Shown: positions 23,732-36,098 of the stretch, in pieces
Layout of the letters: the number at the start of each line of letters is the position of its first letter
Numbering within the stretch: the stretch's first letter is position 1
From: Octopus vulgaris
Lineage: Eukaryota
NCBI GenBank assembly: GCA_951406725.2
Contig: OX597816.1
Location: 158,348,001 to 158,412,000 of the forward strand
Direction: 5' to 3'
DNA length: 64,000 nucleotides
Notes under the pieces: model-generated
What the model was told of the DNA's origin: nothing
The model's database searches: none
What the model saw: only the letters and a program-made list of their open reading frames with translations
Translations under genes and position numbers: made by a program

Positions 23732-25936
23732 TCTGCATAAAGTGATTAAACAATTAATATATTTCTGTATATAGTCCAAGGAAGGTGGTTTTTTAAAAAA
23801 ACTTTTATTGTTTCACACAGAATTTTTTTATGGGTTCAGTCCCACTGTGTGGCACCTTGAGCAAGTGTGTTATACTATAGCCTCGAGCCGACCAAAGCCT
23901 TGTGAGTGGATTTGGTAGGCAGAAACTGAAAGAAGCCTGTCGTGTATATATATATATGTGTGTTTGTGTATATGTTTGTGTGACTGTGTTTGTCCCCCCA
24001 ACATCGCTTGACAAACGATGCTGGTATGTGTTTATGTCCCTGTAACTTAGCAGTTCAACAAAAGAGACTAATAGAATAAGTACATGGCTTATAAAGAATA
24101 AGTCCTGGGGTTGATTTGCTCGACTAAAGGCGGTGCTCCAGCATGGCCACAGTCAAATGACTGATACAAGTAAAAGAGTAAGGAGTAAAGAGAGTAGTAC
24201 AAGTGAGGGAGTTTTTTTCTAATGATTTAGGACAATTTGAATATTGTTAGAGCAGTTCAGGTGTTACAAAAGAGATATTTAGAGAGAGTAACTGGAAGAG
24301 AGAGACAGGTCACAATTGATTTGGAGTTACTTTTATCAGATCTATATTATTACATTTCATGGATAATATTATGAAAACAAAGGACAGGGGAAAACTTCTC
24401 AATTACACTTGTCTAAACTATGTCAAAAGAGTAAGGCAGAAATTAAATTCATTATAAATGATGATGATGATGATGATGTTGGTGGTGATGTTTAACATGG
24501 TGATGATGATGATGAAATTGAATTTAGAAATGTTAAATCTTTTTTCTTTGATGCTAAAATAGAAACTGAAATGATATATGATTGATGCTAAATAGCAAAC
24601 ACATATACAAATAGCAAAAAAAAAAAACAAAACTTTGCTAGCTGGTCACTGCAACCTGCTGTGAAATGTGTCCAATGAAATTACCTTAGTATAAAATATC
24701 AAAACTGACATATTTGTCATATCAATGAGATATTGTGAAAATGGCATTCAATGTCAACTTTCATCAAACACTAATTAAAAATAAATTAAATAAACATTTA
24801 TATAAGTAATAATCATCATCATCGTTTAATGCCTGTTTTCTATACTGGCATAGGCTGGATGGTTTGACTGGGGACTGGCAAGCCAGAAGGCTGCACCAGG
24901 CTCCAGTCTGATCTGGCAAGGTTTCTACGGCTGGATGCTCTTCCTAATGCCAACCACTGAGAGTGTAGTGGGTGCATTTTATGTACCACCGGCACAGGAG
25001 CCACTCAGGCAGCACTGGCATTGGCCATATACGTCCAATATATTTAACAACATTCTACATTTAGTAACCAAATAAAACAGGTGAGCCAAATTATAATCAT
25101 AATAAACGAGGATTTATATTTTCATAAAAAAGCACCATTCAAGCATGGCTGATGCCAGTGCTGCCTGATTGGCACCCATGCTGGTGGCACATAAAAAGCA
25201 CCAGTTGAGCATGGCCGATGCCAGTGCTGTGTAATTAGCACCTGTGCCAGTGGCACATAAAAAGCACCATACAAGCATAGCTGATACCAGAGCTGCCTGA
25301 TTGGCACACATGCCGGTGGCACGTAAAAAGCACCAGTTGAGCGTGACTGATGCCAGTGCCACCTGACTAGCTCCTGTGCCAATGGCATTTAAAAAGCACC
25401 CACTACACTCTCAGAATGGTTGCCATCAGGAAGGGCATCCTGCTGTAGAAACCTTGCCATATCAGATTGGAGTGCAGCCCCCAGGATTACCAGTTCTCAG
25501 TCAAACCGTCCAACCCATGCCAGCATGGAAAGCAGACATTAAATGATGATGATGGTGACTTATAGCTATTTTGTAAACTAAAATATAAAAAAAAATATTA
25601 GCCACACAATCACAGTAAATATACAATGAAAATGTTTTAATTTTCTTAAATTAAACAAGGATGAAAATTGATAAATGTAAATGGGTCTTTGTTGGGTTTT
25701 AACAATGAGGATTCACTTATTTGGATCAGTGAATGGCTGAGCATTGCATAGACATATGTACTTTGACTCTTTAGCATTCCCTTTATTCTGTCAAAAGTAA
25801 TGCTTATGATTCAAATTGTTTTGAATTAATCCTTTTGTTACCATATTTCTGTTGAAATGCTCTGTGTTTCTTTTAATTAAATACAAGAAAGAATTTAGTA
25901 AAATAACTTAGTTATCATTAAGCTAGTGTTAGCAAC

Positions 25937-26331
25937 GGAGGCGCAATGGCCCAGTGGTTAGGGCAGCGGACTCGCAGTCATAGGATCGCGGTTTCGATTC
26001 CCAGACCGGGCGTTGTGAATGTTTATTGAGCGAAAACACCTAAAAGCTCCACGAGGCTCCGGCAGGGGATGGTGGTGATCCCTGCTGTACTCTTTCACCA
26101 CAACTTTCTCTCACTCTTACTTCCTGTTTCTCTTGTACCTGTATTTCAAGGGGCCGGCCTTGTCACTCTCTATGTCACGCTGAATATCCCCGAGAACTAC
26201 GTTAAGGGTGCACGTGTCTGTGGAGTGCTCAGCCACTTACACGTTAATTTCACGAGCAGGCTGTTCCGTTGATTCGGATCAACCGGAACCCTCATCGTCG
26301 TAACCGACAGAGTGCTTCCATCCCCATCCAT
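25937..26331 (+). mobile_element. Young full-length tRNA-derived SINE
   Basis: A-box TGGCCCAGTGG, B-box GGTTTCGATTCC, CpG retained, (CCAT)n-like tail, exact 13-bp TSD TAGTGTTAGCAAC (25924-25936 / 26332-26344). Confidence 0.92.
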
Positions 26332-28590
26332 TAGTGTTAGCAACATAAATTGTGACTAAGGTTTGGTGGAAGATTTTAATTCAAAACTTATGAAAACAAG
26401 ACTACAGAGCCAGAGGTGGTTCAGCCGGGTTAGTCTCAAAAGGGTTAAGAATTGTTTCTCTATTATACATTTTAACCCTTTTGTTACCATATTTCTGTTG
26501 AGATACTCTGTGTTTCTTTCAATTAATTCTAAACATAACAAAGAATTTAATAAAATAACTTAGTTATCATTAAGCTAGTGTTAGGAACATAAATTGTGAC
26601 TAAGGTTTGGTGGAAGATTTTATTTCAGAACTTTTGAAAACAGAGCCAGGTTGGTATCAAAAGGTTTAATCATGCAGTATTTTGCAGCTTTTAAAAATTT
26701 TGATGCAGGAACTGTTTATTTTTAGAATGATATTGTAGGGTTGGTGTGAAAGGTTACATCTGGTCAGTTTGAGTATAAAAAAAGAAGAATATTTTGGCTG
26801 GATACGGCTGGCTTAAATGCTAAAGGGTCAAATGTAATTCCTAAGCACAATCACATGACACAGTGTATGAAAAGGCTGTACTTTTTAATGAGGAAAAGAG
26901 AAAGCTGTGCAAGAGGGGCTAGGGTTCCTGTTAATAGTAGGAAAGTAATATCAGATTTTGGAAGATGTGATGGATTTCATTAAATAAGAATAAAAGGAGA
27001 CATCAAGAATTCCCATGAATGGTGGGGGAGGGGACCAGAGAAAAATGCCCAATGAAGTCATAAAATCACAACAATCCATAGATGCCATGAGTAAAGAAAT
27101 AAACAACAGATCAATCAATGCATTACTGTTATTAATATCATTAGAGCAGTGGATTGGTAGAATTGTTAAGGTGCTGAAGAATGCTTTGCAGTGTTTGTTC
27201 CGGTTCCTTACATTCTGAGTTCAATTCTTACCAAGATAAACTTTGCCTTTCATCTTTTAACTTTGATAAATTTGAGTACTAGTCACATGCTAGGATCAAT
27301 GTAATTGATTAAGTCCTTCCTTTTCCCTTCAAAATTGCAGGCCTTGTACCAAAATTAGAAACCATTATTGTTATTATTATGCTGAGGGTGGTGGATCCTT
27401 AGCACATAGGACAAAATATCTTGAAGTATTTCTCTTGTTCTGAGTTCAAATCCCACCAAGGTTAGCTTTGCCTCTCTTCATTTCAAGGTCAATAAAATAC
27501 AGTATCAGTCAAGAACAGGAGCCAATGACACTGACTAATTCCACCCCAACAAATTTCAGGCCTTGTGCCTACGATAGAAACAACTGTCAAGGGTGGAGGA
27601 TTTAGCAGAATTGAAAGAGCATTGACAGGAAAAATCATGTGGTATTTGTTCCAACTCTTTACATTCCGAGTTCAAATCCTGCTGAAGTGAGCTTTACCTT
27701 TCATCTCTCCAACATTAATAAAATAAGGTCTCAGTCAAGTATTAGGTTCGATGGCATCAACTAAGGCCTCCTCACATCCCATCAAAATGGTTGGCCTGTG
27801 CCTAAATCATAAACGGTTTATTCTGAAGAAAGAGAAGTGGTAGCAGATCTAGCAAGATGTCTTTGCATTAGTGTTGTGATGAAATATCACTGGTTGTCAG
27901 ATGACCTTTGAGTATAACAGAAGATCCTCATTAATGAATTAGTCACATATATGTTCTGAGTTCAAATTACACTAGTAATCAACCTTGCACTTCACTGCTT
28001 CAGCTCACTAAAATTAGTACTAAATGTTTACTGGTATCAACTTATTAACTATACTGCCTTTCTACAAATTTGTGGCCTTGTGCCAATGTAAGAAATACTT
28101 ATTATGAGGGTTGTGGGTTGGCAGAAATGTTAGAGTGTAACTACAGATATTTATGTTCTGAGTTCAAACTTTACTAAGTTCGACTTTGTCTTCCATCCTT
28201 CTGGGGTTGATAAAATAAAGTGTCAGTCAAATACTGGATTTGATTCCAATTGACTACATCAGCCACCAAAATGTATGGCTTTGTGCCAATGTGAAAAATC
28301 ATCATCATCACGACATAGAAAAGGTTGTACACCATATTCAGATACTGACATGAAACTGTTTATATCTTAAAATAAACTAATAACAATGGTAAAAGTAAAA
28401 CTTTCCCTAAAGCTAACTAGGAAAGACCAAGATGTCTGGTGATATGAGGTTATTGGAAAGACATGCCCACATCAGTAAAACTGAGTTCTAGAAGCACTGT
28501 GTGTTCCACCCACACGTAAGAAAACTTTCCATACTCCCTACCCCAACAAACCAAACTACATCTCTTCTCTTACTCACATTTCCACTTCAT

Positions 28591-29200
28591 TGAAAGAAAA
28601 ATGACAACGCTATTCAAAAGAAGATTTGTTTTTTTTTAGCTTGGAGCTGAGAAAACTAATAAGGAGGGTACAGGAGGTAGTTGAAAAAACCAGCTTCTAT
28701 ATATGGCTGAAGCGAGAAGACCAAAAATGGCTTGAAAAGTCATGACATGCTGGCGGAAAATAATATCACTAGGTGAGACAAGCTGACACTGAATTGGCTT
28801 CGCTGACTGACAGGTGACAGTCGTTCAGAGGATGCGTGGGCTAAGTCTATGAGCCTTCATTGGTCAGTTAAAGTTGAGACAGTGTCACATGACAACTTGC
28901 TGGGGCTGCCTGCTGGAGCCTAGCAGCAGGTATTTAAAGGGAAAAATTTGACAAGTCAGTCAGTCGCCCGTTAACACTCATTGACATTACATCGAAGAGG
29001 CCAGGTAACAGAAGAAAGAAGACATGCACCCAACACCAGAGCTGAAGACACCTCCGAAAAGGGGGGGGGGCCCTGCCACGTCAAAACAGTAGAGGAGTAG
29101 GGGCCAAAACCAGACGTGGTTCCTCTTGATGATGTCTTGAGCTAACCTGGATCCTATAAAGGAGCTGTTGTGGTAGCAGACCACGAAACATGGTTGAAAT
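28591..29200 (+). mobile_element. HERO/R2-group non-LTR retrotransposon 3' end with structured 3'UTR
   Basis: C-terminus ELRKLIRRVQEVVEKTSFYIWLKREDQKWLEKS* resembles the HERO-type AExASxWxWLKR..W motif. The 3' boundary is uncertain. Confidence 0.65.
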
Positions 29201-30163
29201 ACCTTCCTGCTTATGTCTCACTCCCCGATCTTGTCCTCTTGGCCCTATTTCACATGTCATTGCTATCTGCTAACTCCCCCCCCCGCCCCGACCTGTGTGT
29301 TCCACCCACATGTAACAAGAAAACTTTTCACACACCCTACCCCAACAAACCAAACTACATGTCTACATCTCTTCTCTTCCTCACATTTCCTCCTTCATGC
29401 ACTATGCACACTTCTCACCCCTCAATCCGGTCCTCATGGCCCTGCTTCTCTGTATCATTGCTATCCAGTACCTCTCCTCCTCATTCTATATACCCAGGTT
29501 CTCACCACTCACTGCATTCCCCTCCCCACTCTCTTATTTGGCAATGTCCTGCCACTTATGACCTTTGAACCTCAAGAGTATGCCCTGGCACCTACCACCA
29601 TCTATATCTCTCTCTGCCTTTACTTGACCATCCCATTTATATTTTGACCCCTGTCCCTTGTGAGTATGCCCGGCAATTTGCCACTATCTCTATCCTGCTG
29701 TCTCCCACTCTTTCTCTCCTTCTCCTGCTCTTCCCTCAGCTTGGATAACCATGAATCTCTGTTGGGTAACCATCTCCCTTGTGGCAGCACACCTGTTTCT
29801 GTCCTCATTCCTGATCTCTCTCTGACCAGGTAACCTTGTACCTCCTCTACAACAAGACACCTGTTTCTGTCTATCTGTCTCACTATAACCTTTCATCATC
29901 CAACACAAGATCACCTCCTCCAATGCCCCCTCCCCTCTCAAAAGATTTTTGTCTTGCAAGTTACATGGTGACCCTGTCAGTGCAGGTGACACTTAAAAAG
30001 CATCCAGTCGACACTGTAAAGTGGTTGGCATTTGGAAGGACATCCAGCTGTAAAAACCTTGCCAAAACTATAATAGAAGATACTTGCCAAGGTGCCATGT
30101 AGTGGGACTGAACCAGGACCCATGTGGTTGGGAAACAAGCTTCTTACTACACAACCACACCTA

Positions 30164-30220
<57 letters not shown>

Positions 30221-30459
30221 TCATCATCAGCCAGTATTTTAAATCCAGGTTTTGTCCCTGCTAACAGGGGTGGCTGGATCTACCTCAATGCCATAGCATC
30301 TGAGGTAGGCAGATGCAGCCCACCCCAACCTTTGGGCTGGCTAGTGCCCATCCTCCTTTGCTATCATGAGGCTTTTTTTGGAGCTGGATTTTCTACAGGA
30401 AGCAGTTTCTAGACATGAGTGGTCCCAAGACCAAGGCCTCAACCACAATTGGGGCTGTT

Positions 30460-31205
30460 ACTTCTGTTGGCCACTAACTGTTTCTCTCTCAGTGAAAGGA
30501 AGATTGTATGATGCATGTATACAAACAGCAATTCTACACAGTAATGAAATGTGGGCCCTGAATGCAGAGGGCGTGCGAAGTCTAGAGAGGAATGAGGCTA
30601 GTACGCTCTGCTGGATGTGTAATACAAGTGTACATGTTCGACAGAGTGCTAGTGTTTTGAGAGAGAAGTTAGGCATAAGAGGAATTGGTCGCAAGAGAGA
30701 AGACTGCTGGTTTGGTCATGTGATGCAGATGGATGCCAACGGCTCCATAAAGAGGTGCTGATCTCTCAAAATGGATGGAACATGTGGAAGTGAGAGACCC
30801 AAGAAGACCGAAGGATCGAGATGCCTGGTGCTTTGCCAAACTCAAGAAGACCCATACTCTGCAGCAAAAGTGTTAAGACCAATTCTTCTGGTGGTGTAAA
30901 ATACTTGTGCTGGTGCCACACAAAAGCATCCATGTGGCAACACATAAAAGCATCTATGTAGTGCCATGTAAAAGTGCCCGTGCGGTGTCACATAAAAGCA
31001 TCTGTGTGGAACCACATAAAAGCGTCCATGTGGTGCCACATAAAAGCAGTCAGCCTACTCTGTAAAGAGATTGGCATTAGGAAGGGCATCCAGCCATAGA
31101 AAGCATGCCAAAGTAGACTGGAGTCTGGTGCAACTCCACACCTTGCCAGCTCTGGTAAAACCGTCCAACACATGCCAGTATGGATAATGGACTTTAAAAA
31201 TGATG
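30460..31205 (+). mobile_element. RTE LINE 3' fragment (ORF C-terminus + 3'UTR with ~22-bp tandem repeats)
   Basis: LSVKGRLYDAC...WFGHVMQM...RPKKT, followed by the abundant 3'UTR and a GAT tail. Confidence 0.9.
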
Positions 31206-31213
31206 GTTAAAAA

Positions 31214-31274
31214 TAGTGGTTAAGATCCCTGGCTTTCACCCAGGCGGTCCCAGGTTCGTTTCCTGACATGGGAA
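31214..31274 (+). tRNA. 5'-truncated tRNA-Glu(TTC)-derived sequence (SINE head/pseudogene)
   Basis: D-loop remnant TAGTGGTTAAGA, anticodon arm CCTGG-CT-TTC-AC-CCAGG, T-arm GGTTCG, acceptor 3' strand ATGGGAA; the 5' acceptor strand is missing. Confidence 0.8.
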
Positions 31275-31309
31275 ATTGTTCAGCTTAGATATACTTGGAG
31301 ACTGTCAGA

Positions 31310-31373
31310 ATGATGCAGACGCCTCTGAGGAGAACCAGATGAGGTTCGAAAATCGATTAGGGTTCTTCATCAT
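31310..31373 (+). ncRNA. Type I hammerhead ribozyme with complete catalytic core
   Basis: CUGAGGA (31325-31331); stem II G-AACC/GGUU-C; GAAA (31348-31351); palindromic stem III AAUCGAUU; cleavage triplet UUA (cut after 31359); stem I AUGAUG.AGA..CCU / GGG.UCU.CAUCAU. Confidence 0.85.
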
Positions 31374-32160
31374 AATTTTAACGGCAGTGCATCAGCATGG
31401 CCGCAGCTCTAAGCTGAAACTACAGAAAGAAAAATATATGTGTATATATATATCATCATCATCATCATCATATATATATATATACACACACACACACATG
31501 GCTGTGTGGTTAAGAAACCTGCTTCCTAACCATGTGGTCTTGGATTTTGTCCCTTTGTGCAGTGCCTTAAGCAAGTATCTTCTACTATAGTCTCGGGCCG
31601 ACCAAAGCCTTGTGAATGGATTTGGTAGACAGAAACTGAAGGAAGCCTGTCGTATATGTATGTATTTGTGCATGTATACTCTTCTCTGGACACTACATGA
31701 TGGTTGTAAATAAATAACATCATCATACAAGCCGGCTTGCTCATTTTCAGTCTGCCATGAAAAACATGCCTAGCCACTGGGAAATATTTCTTTTCTTGGG
31801 AATAGCTGTAGAAAATCTGACTCAACAAATTCTGTCTGATCTACGCAAGCATGGAAAAGTGGACATTAAATGATGATGATGATGATGATCTATTTAAATT
31901 GCAATATGTTTATATCTTGATAGTTAATGATTGTGATGAAGAAAGAAACCTTGACCATGCTAGTTAGATAAAACTGGAACTTGTACCAGACAAAATACTT
32001 TCATTTTAAGCCTATTGTTGTTTGGTGTCAAGTCAGCTCAGATCAAGTCAAGTAAACTTACAATCAAAAACATTCGAGGCCATAATCACTCCATCTCATT
32101 TTTGAGAAGAGAGAACCAATGGGTACTTTATTCAGTATGTTCCTTTTGTTCCAGTGTGCA

Positions 32161-32344
32161 CAAGGGGTTGCTGAAAAGTTCCTGGCTTTAAGGGTATCCT
32201 GAAAGGCCAGGACTTAGAAAAACTGAAGGACTGCTGCAATAGGTACGTAAATCTGAGAAGGGAATATGTTGAATAAAATCATAATTAACTGATCTGCTTG
32301 TATTTTCTTTTACCCAAAGCCAGGAACTTTTTAGTACTCCCTTG
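32161..32344. mobile_element. mariner-type MITE
   Basis: TIRs CAAGGGGTTGCTGAAAAGTTCCTGGCTTT / AAAGCCAGGAACTTTTTAGTACTCCCTTG-TA. Confidence 0.8.
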
Positions 32345-32628
32345 TATAAGGGAGATGTAGCTTCTTTCTCTAGCAGGTTCGGTCTATGTGGAGGCTGCCT
32401 AATCAAAATAGTTTTCTCTATGATAATGATTTCATCATTGTCATCTTTTAATGCCCACTTTTCCATGCTTGCATGGGTTAGACGAATTTTGTTGAGGCAG
32501 ATTTTCTATGACAAGACACATTGTCACAGAATATTGGAAATTAATGACACTGCTTGTATGACAATGACACTCATTTACAAGTATTTCAGAAAAGACAAGG
32601 AGACACAAACACACACACTATGTATGTA

Positions 32629-32671
<43 letters not shown>

Positions 32672-34416
32672 CATCATCATCGTTTAATGTCCACTCTCCA
32701 TGCTAACATGGGTTAGACGATTTGATTGAGGACTGGCGAACCAGATGGCTGCACCAGGCTCCAATCTGATCTGGCAGAGTTCTACAGCTGGATGCCTTTC
32801 TTAATGCCAACCACTCCGAGAGTGTAGTGGGTACTTTTACATGCCACTGGCATGAGGACCAGTCAGGCGGTACTGGCAACGGCCACGTTCAAATGGTGTT
32901 TTATATGTGCCACCTGCACAGGAGCCAGTCCAGTGGAACTGGCAATGACCTTGCTTGAAAATTTTTTCACATGCCACCAGCACAAGTGCCAGTAAGGCGA
33001 CTGGTAATGATCACGCTCGAATGGTGCTTTTTACGTGCTACCAGCACAGAAGACAGTCAGCTGCTCTGGCAATGATCATGCTTGGATAGTGCTCTTAGTG
33101 TTCCACTAGCATGGATGCCAGTCATCGAATTTGATTTCGATTTCACTTGTCTCAACAGGTCTTCACGAGCAGAGTTTAATGTCCAATGAAGGAAATGTGT
33201 GAAGCTATATCCCCTTCTATTTCGGCAAAGGCTTCGAGTAATACGTCTCTAAATCTGTCCATTCGCAGGATCTTTAAGCTTCCAGACCCTTCTCCTCCAT
33301 GCTGGTCGTCTTCTGGGCATCCATTTAGCCCTGATCCTGAAGTTGCTAACTACCAGTCTATGTTGTGGGGTACATTATTCGCCTGGGAAGGCTTTGGCAT
33401 TTATAAGCAGCCATCTTTCCCTTTTTCTGGCGAGGATGTAGTCAATTTGGCTGGTATGTCTGCCCGAACGGTAGGTGAGTGGCAGGTTTCCTGAAGTTAG
33501 TATTGCAAACCATAAGATCATTTGCATCGCAGAACTCCAACAGTCTGCTTCCCTCCTCATTACGGGAACCAAAACCGTAGCCTCCATGTACACCATGGAA
33601 GCCCCCTGTATATTGTCTAACATGTCCATTGAAATCACCAGCCACAAAGGGAAGGTCCTTGTCATTCGTCAATGAAGTAGTCTGCAAGAGGGTGTCATAA
33701 AATTGGTCTTTCTGTTCATCATGTAGCCCCAGCTGAGGGGCATAGGCCAAGATAATGCTTGCTAACCCATGATGAAGCACTAATCTAATCTTAAGTATTC
33801 TGTCGCATACTCTGACTACCTCGATTACCTTATCAACCCATTTCTCTGCAAGAAGTATACCCACGACCCCAACCCCATCAGTGTTCCCTGCCCAGAAAAT
33901 TTTGTACCTGTGTTCTTTGTCTGTGAGGAACCTAGTGGAACCTCCTCTCCGCCTTACTTCTTGGAGGCAGCACAAATCGACACATCTCCATTCAAGCATC
34001 TCAACAGACCTAACTTTCAGTGTGCCGATGTTGAGATTACCAGCCCTGAGGGGGTGTGGGCCTGTGAGACCCTGGGATGGGGGATGGCAGCATCATGTAC
34101 CTGAAAAGAAAGCTCGCATTTGGTAGAATTCATAAACAAACAATAGCCTTCAATTCAATCTGCATACACTACACCATCATATTTATGCACTATATGATCA
34201 CTACCTTACATAGGAGATAAACCCTAAGTAGTGGTCATCGGAGACAACCAAAGGATGACAGAAGAGAGGAACTCACGGTACAGGTTGAGGGGGTGGGAGG
34301 ACAGGCGTACCGCGAACTAGCAAATTTAGACGAGAGCATCTTCTGGATACATATTCTTTTGGCGGAGGTATTAAAAATCGAGTAGGGGAATCCAAGTGCA
34401 TGTGCTAGTTTATATA
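32672..34416 (-). mobile_element. Internally deleted RTE LINE with APE endonuclease domain, 5' region and 3'UTR
   Basis: APE motifs LCCLQEVR, GVGVVGILL, AYAPQ, AGDFNGHV, HGGYGFGSRNEEG, NTNFRK, SQIDYIL; the 3'UTR family with GAT tail lies at 32672-33180. Confidence 0.9.
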
Positions 34417-36098
34417 GGGTGGTGGTGGTGAAGTCTTGGCAAAGCAAGTGGTAATCGGAAGAGAGAGAGAGCCAGACAGACAGAGTGAGGCCGAGAGAGA
34501 GAGAGACATATATATATATATACACACACATGACAGGCTTTTTCAGTTTCTTTCTACCAAATCCTCTCATAAGACTTTGGTCTGCTGGGGCTATGGTAAA
34601 AGACACTTGCCTAAGGTACTGTGCAGTGGGACTGAACCCAGAACCATGTCTTTGGCAAGCAAGCTTCTTAACCAACCAACCATACCTGTGCCTATTTACA
34701 AATATTTCACCATCATATGAAATATATTGATTTGTTATCTGAACACTATTCAGCTATATTAGATTATTGAGCACAAGGCCACAAGTTTATGTTATTGATC
34801 CCATAATGATGAATGGCAAAGTCAACCCTGGCATGACTTAAACATGGAATGTAACTAAACACCACAAGCTCTACCAGTTCTGACACCACTCTATTCATTT
34901 CTTCCAGATATTAAAATGGTATTTTGATTTATTATAAAAGAAGTCATTAACCCTTTTGTTACCAACCCGGCCAAAACCGGCTCTGGCTCTGTAGTACAAA
35001 TGTCTCATTTTCAAAAGCTCTGAATTAAAATCTTCCACCAAACCTTAGTCACAATTTATGTTCCTAAAACTAGCTTAATGATAACTAAGTTATTTTAATA
35101 AATTCTTTGTTATATTTAAAATAATTGAAAGAAACACAAAGCATCTCAAAATAAATACAGTAACGAAAGGGTTAAGATATTTTTTCTTCCAAGTTTGAAA
35201 TATTCTAATACCATAGTTTGGGTAAAGGAAATATTCTATAAACATCTTTGTCAGGTAGTTGCTAACTGGTTCTGAGCAACTCTGAACCAGTTTATTATAA
35301 ATCAGTGAACAAAACCAGTAAATATGAAGACCAGGTTTTAAAATATTGAACAGTGGTTCTCAACCATTTTTTACCTAAGGACTAGTGGCGGCTCATGTAT
35401 AGGAACTGCAGAACTGCAGCACCCACTATTTCTGCTTGATATTATCTACAACATTCAATATAATGAGTCCTGTTACCTTTAATTCTTTCTTTATACATGT
35501 ACATTATATAATCCTTAAGCTTAATGTCAGTAGACATCCCCTAGTTTATGAAAAATTACAAAACTCCTTGTATAAAATATGCTCTTCACAGTTCCAGCAA
35601 CGTGGTGATTGGCTATTGTACGCATGTTCACCTATTCGAGGGAAAGAGAGCACTACGTGAACGACAGTGTTGACCCCAGTGTTCCAGTGGAAGGTAGTGT
35701 TTCTTTTTGACTATATATATCATCATCATCATCGTTTAACGTCCGTTTTCCATGCTAGCATGTGTTGGACAGTTCATCAGGGGTCTGGGAAGCCAGAAGG
35801 CTGCGCCGGGCCCAGTCTGATCTGGCAGTGTTTCTACAGCTGGATGCCCTTCCTAACGCCAACCACTCCGTGAGTGTAGCAGGTGCTTTTTACGAGCCAC
35901 TGGCACGGGGGTCAGACAAGGCTGACAAGAGGAGAAAGAAAGTGAACTTTGAGCAAAAAATAAAAAAAAACTTTCAGGGACAGTAGTGGTTTATCGAGGG
36001 GGAAGGTTGTGGATTTTTTCCATATCGAAGTATAAGCTGAAAGAGTTCTTTTTATATTTCACGGTAGGTGACCAGGGTTGCCAGGTATGCGAATAAGA

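Noticed and set aside
31214-31274. Functional tRNA-Glu gene
   Set aside because: The 5' acceptor strand is missing and the T-arm is mutated; treated as a SINE head.
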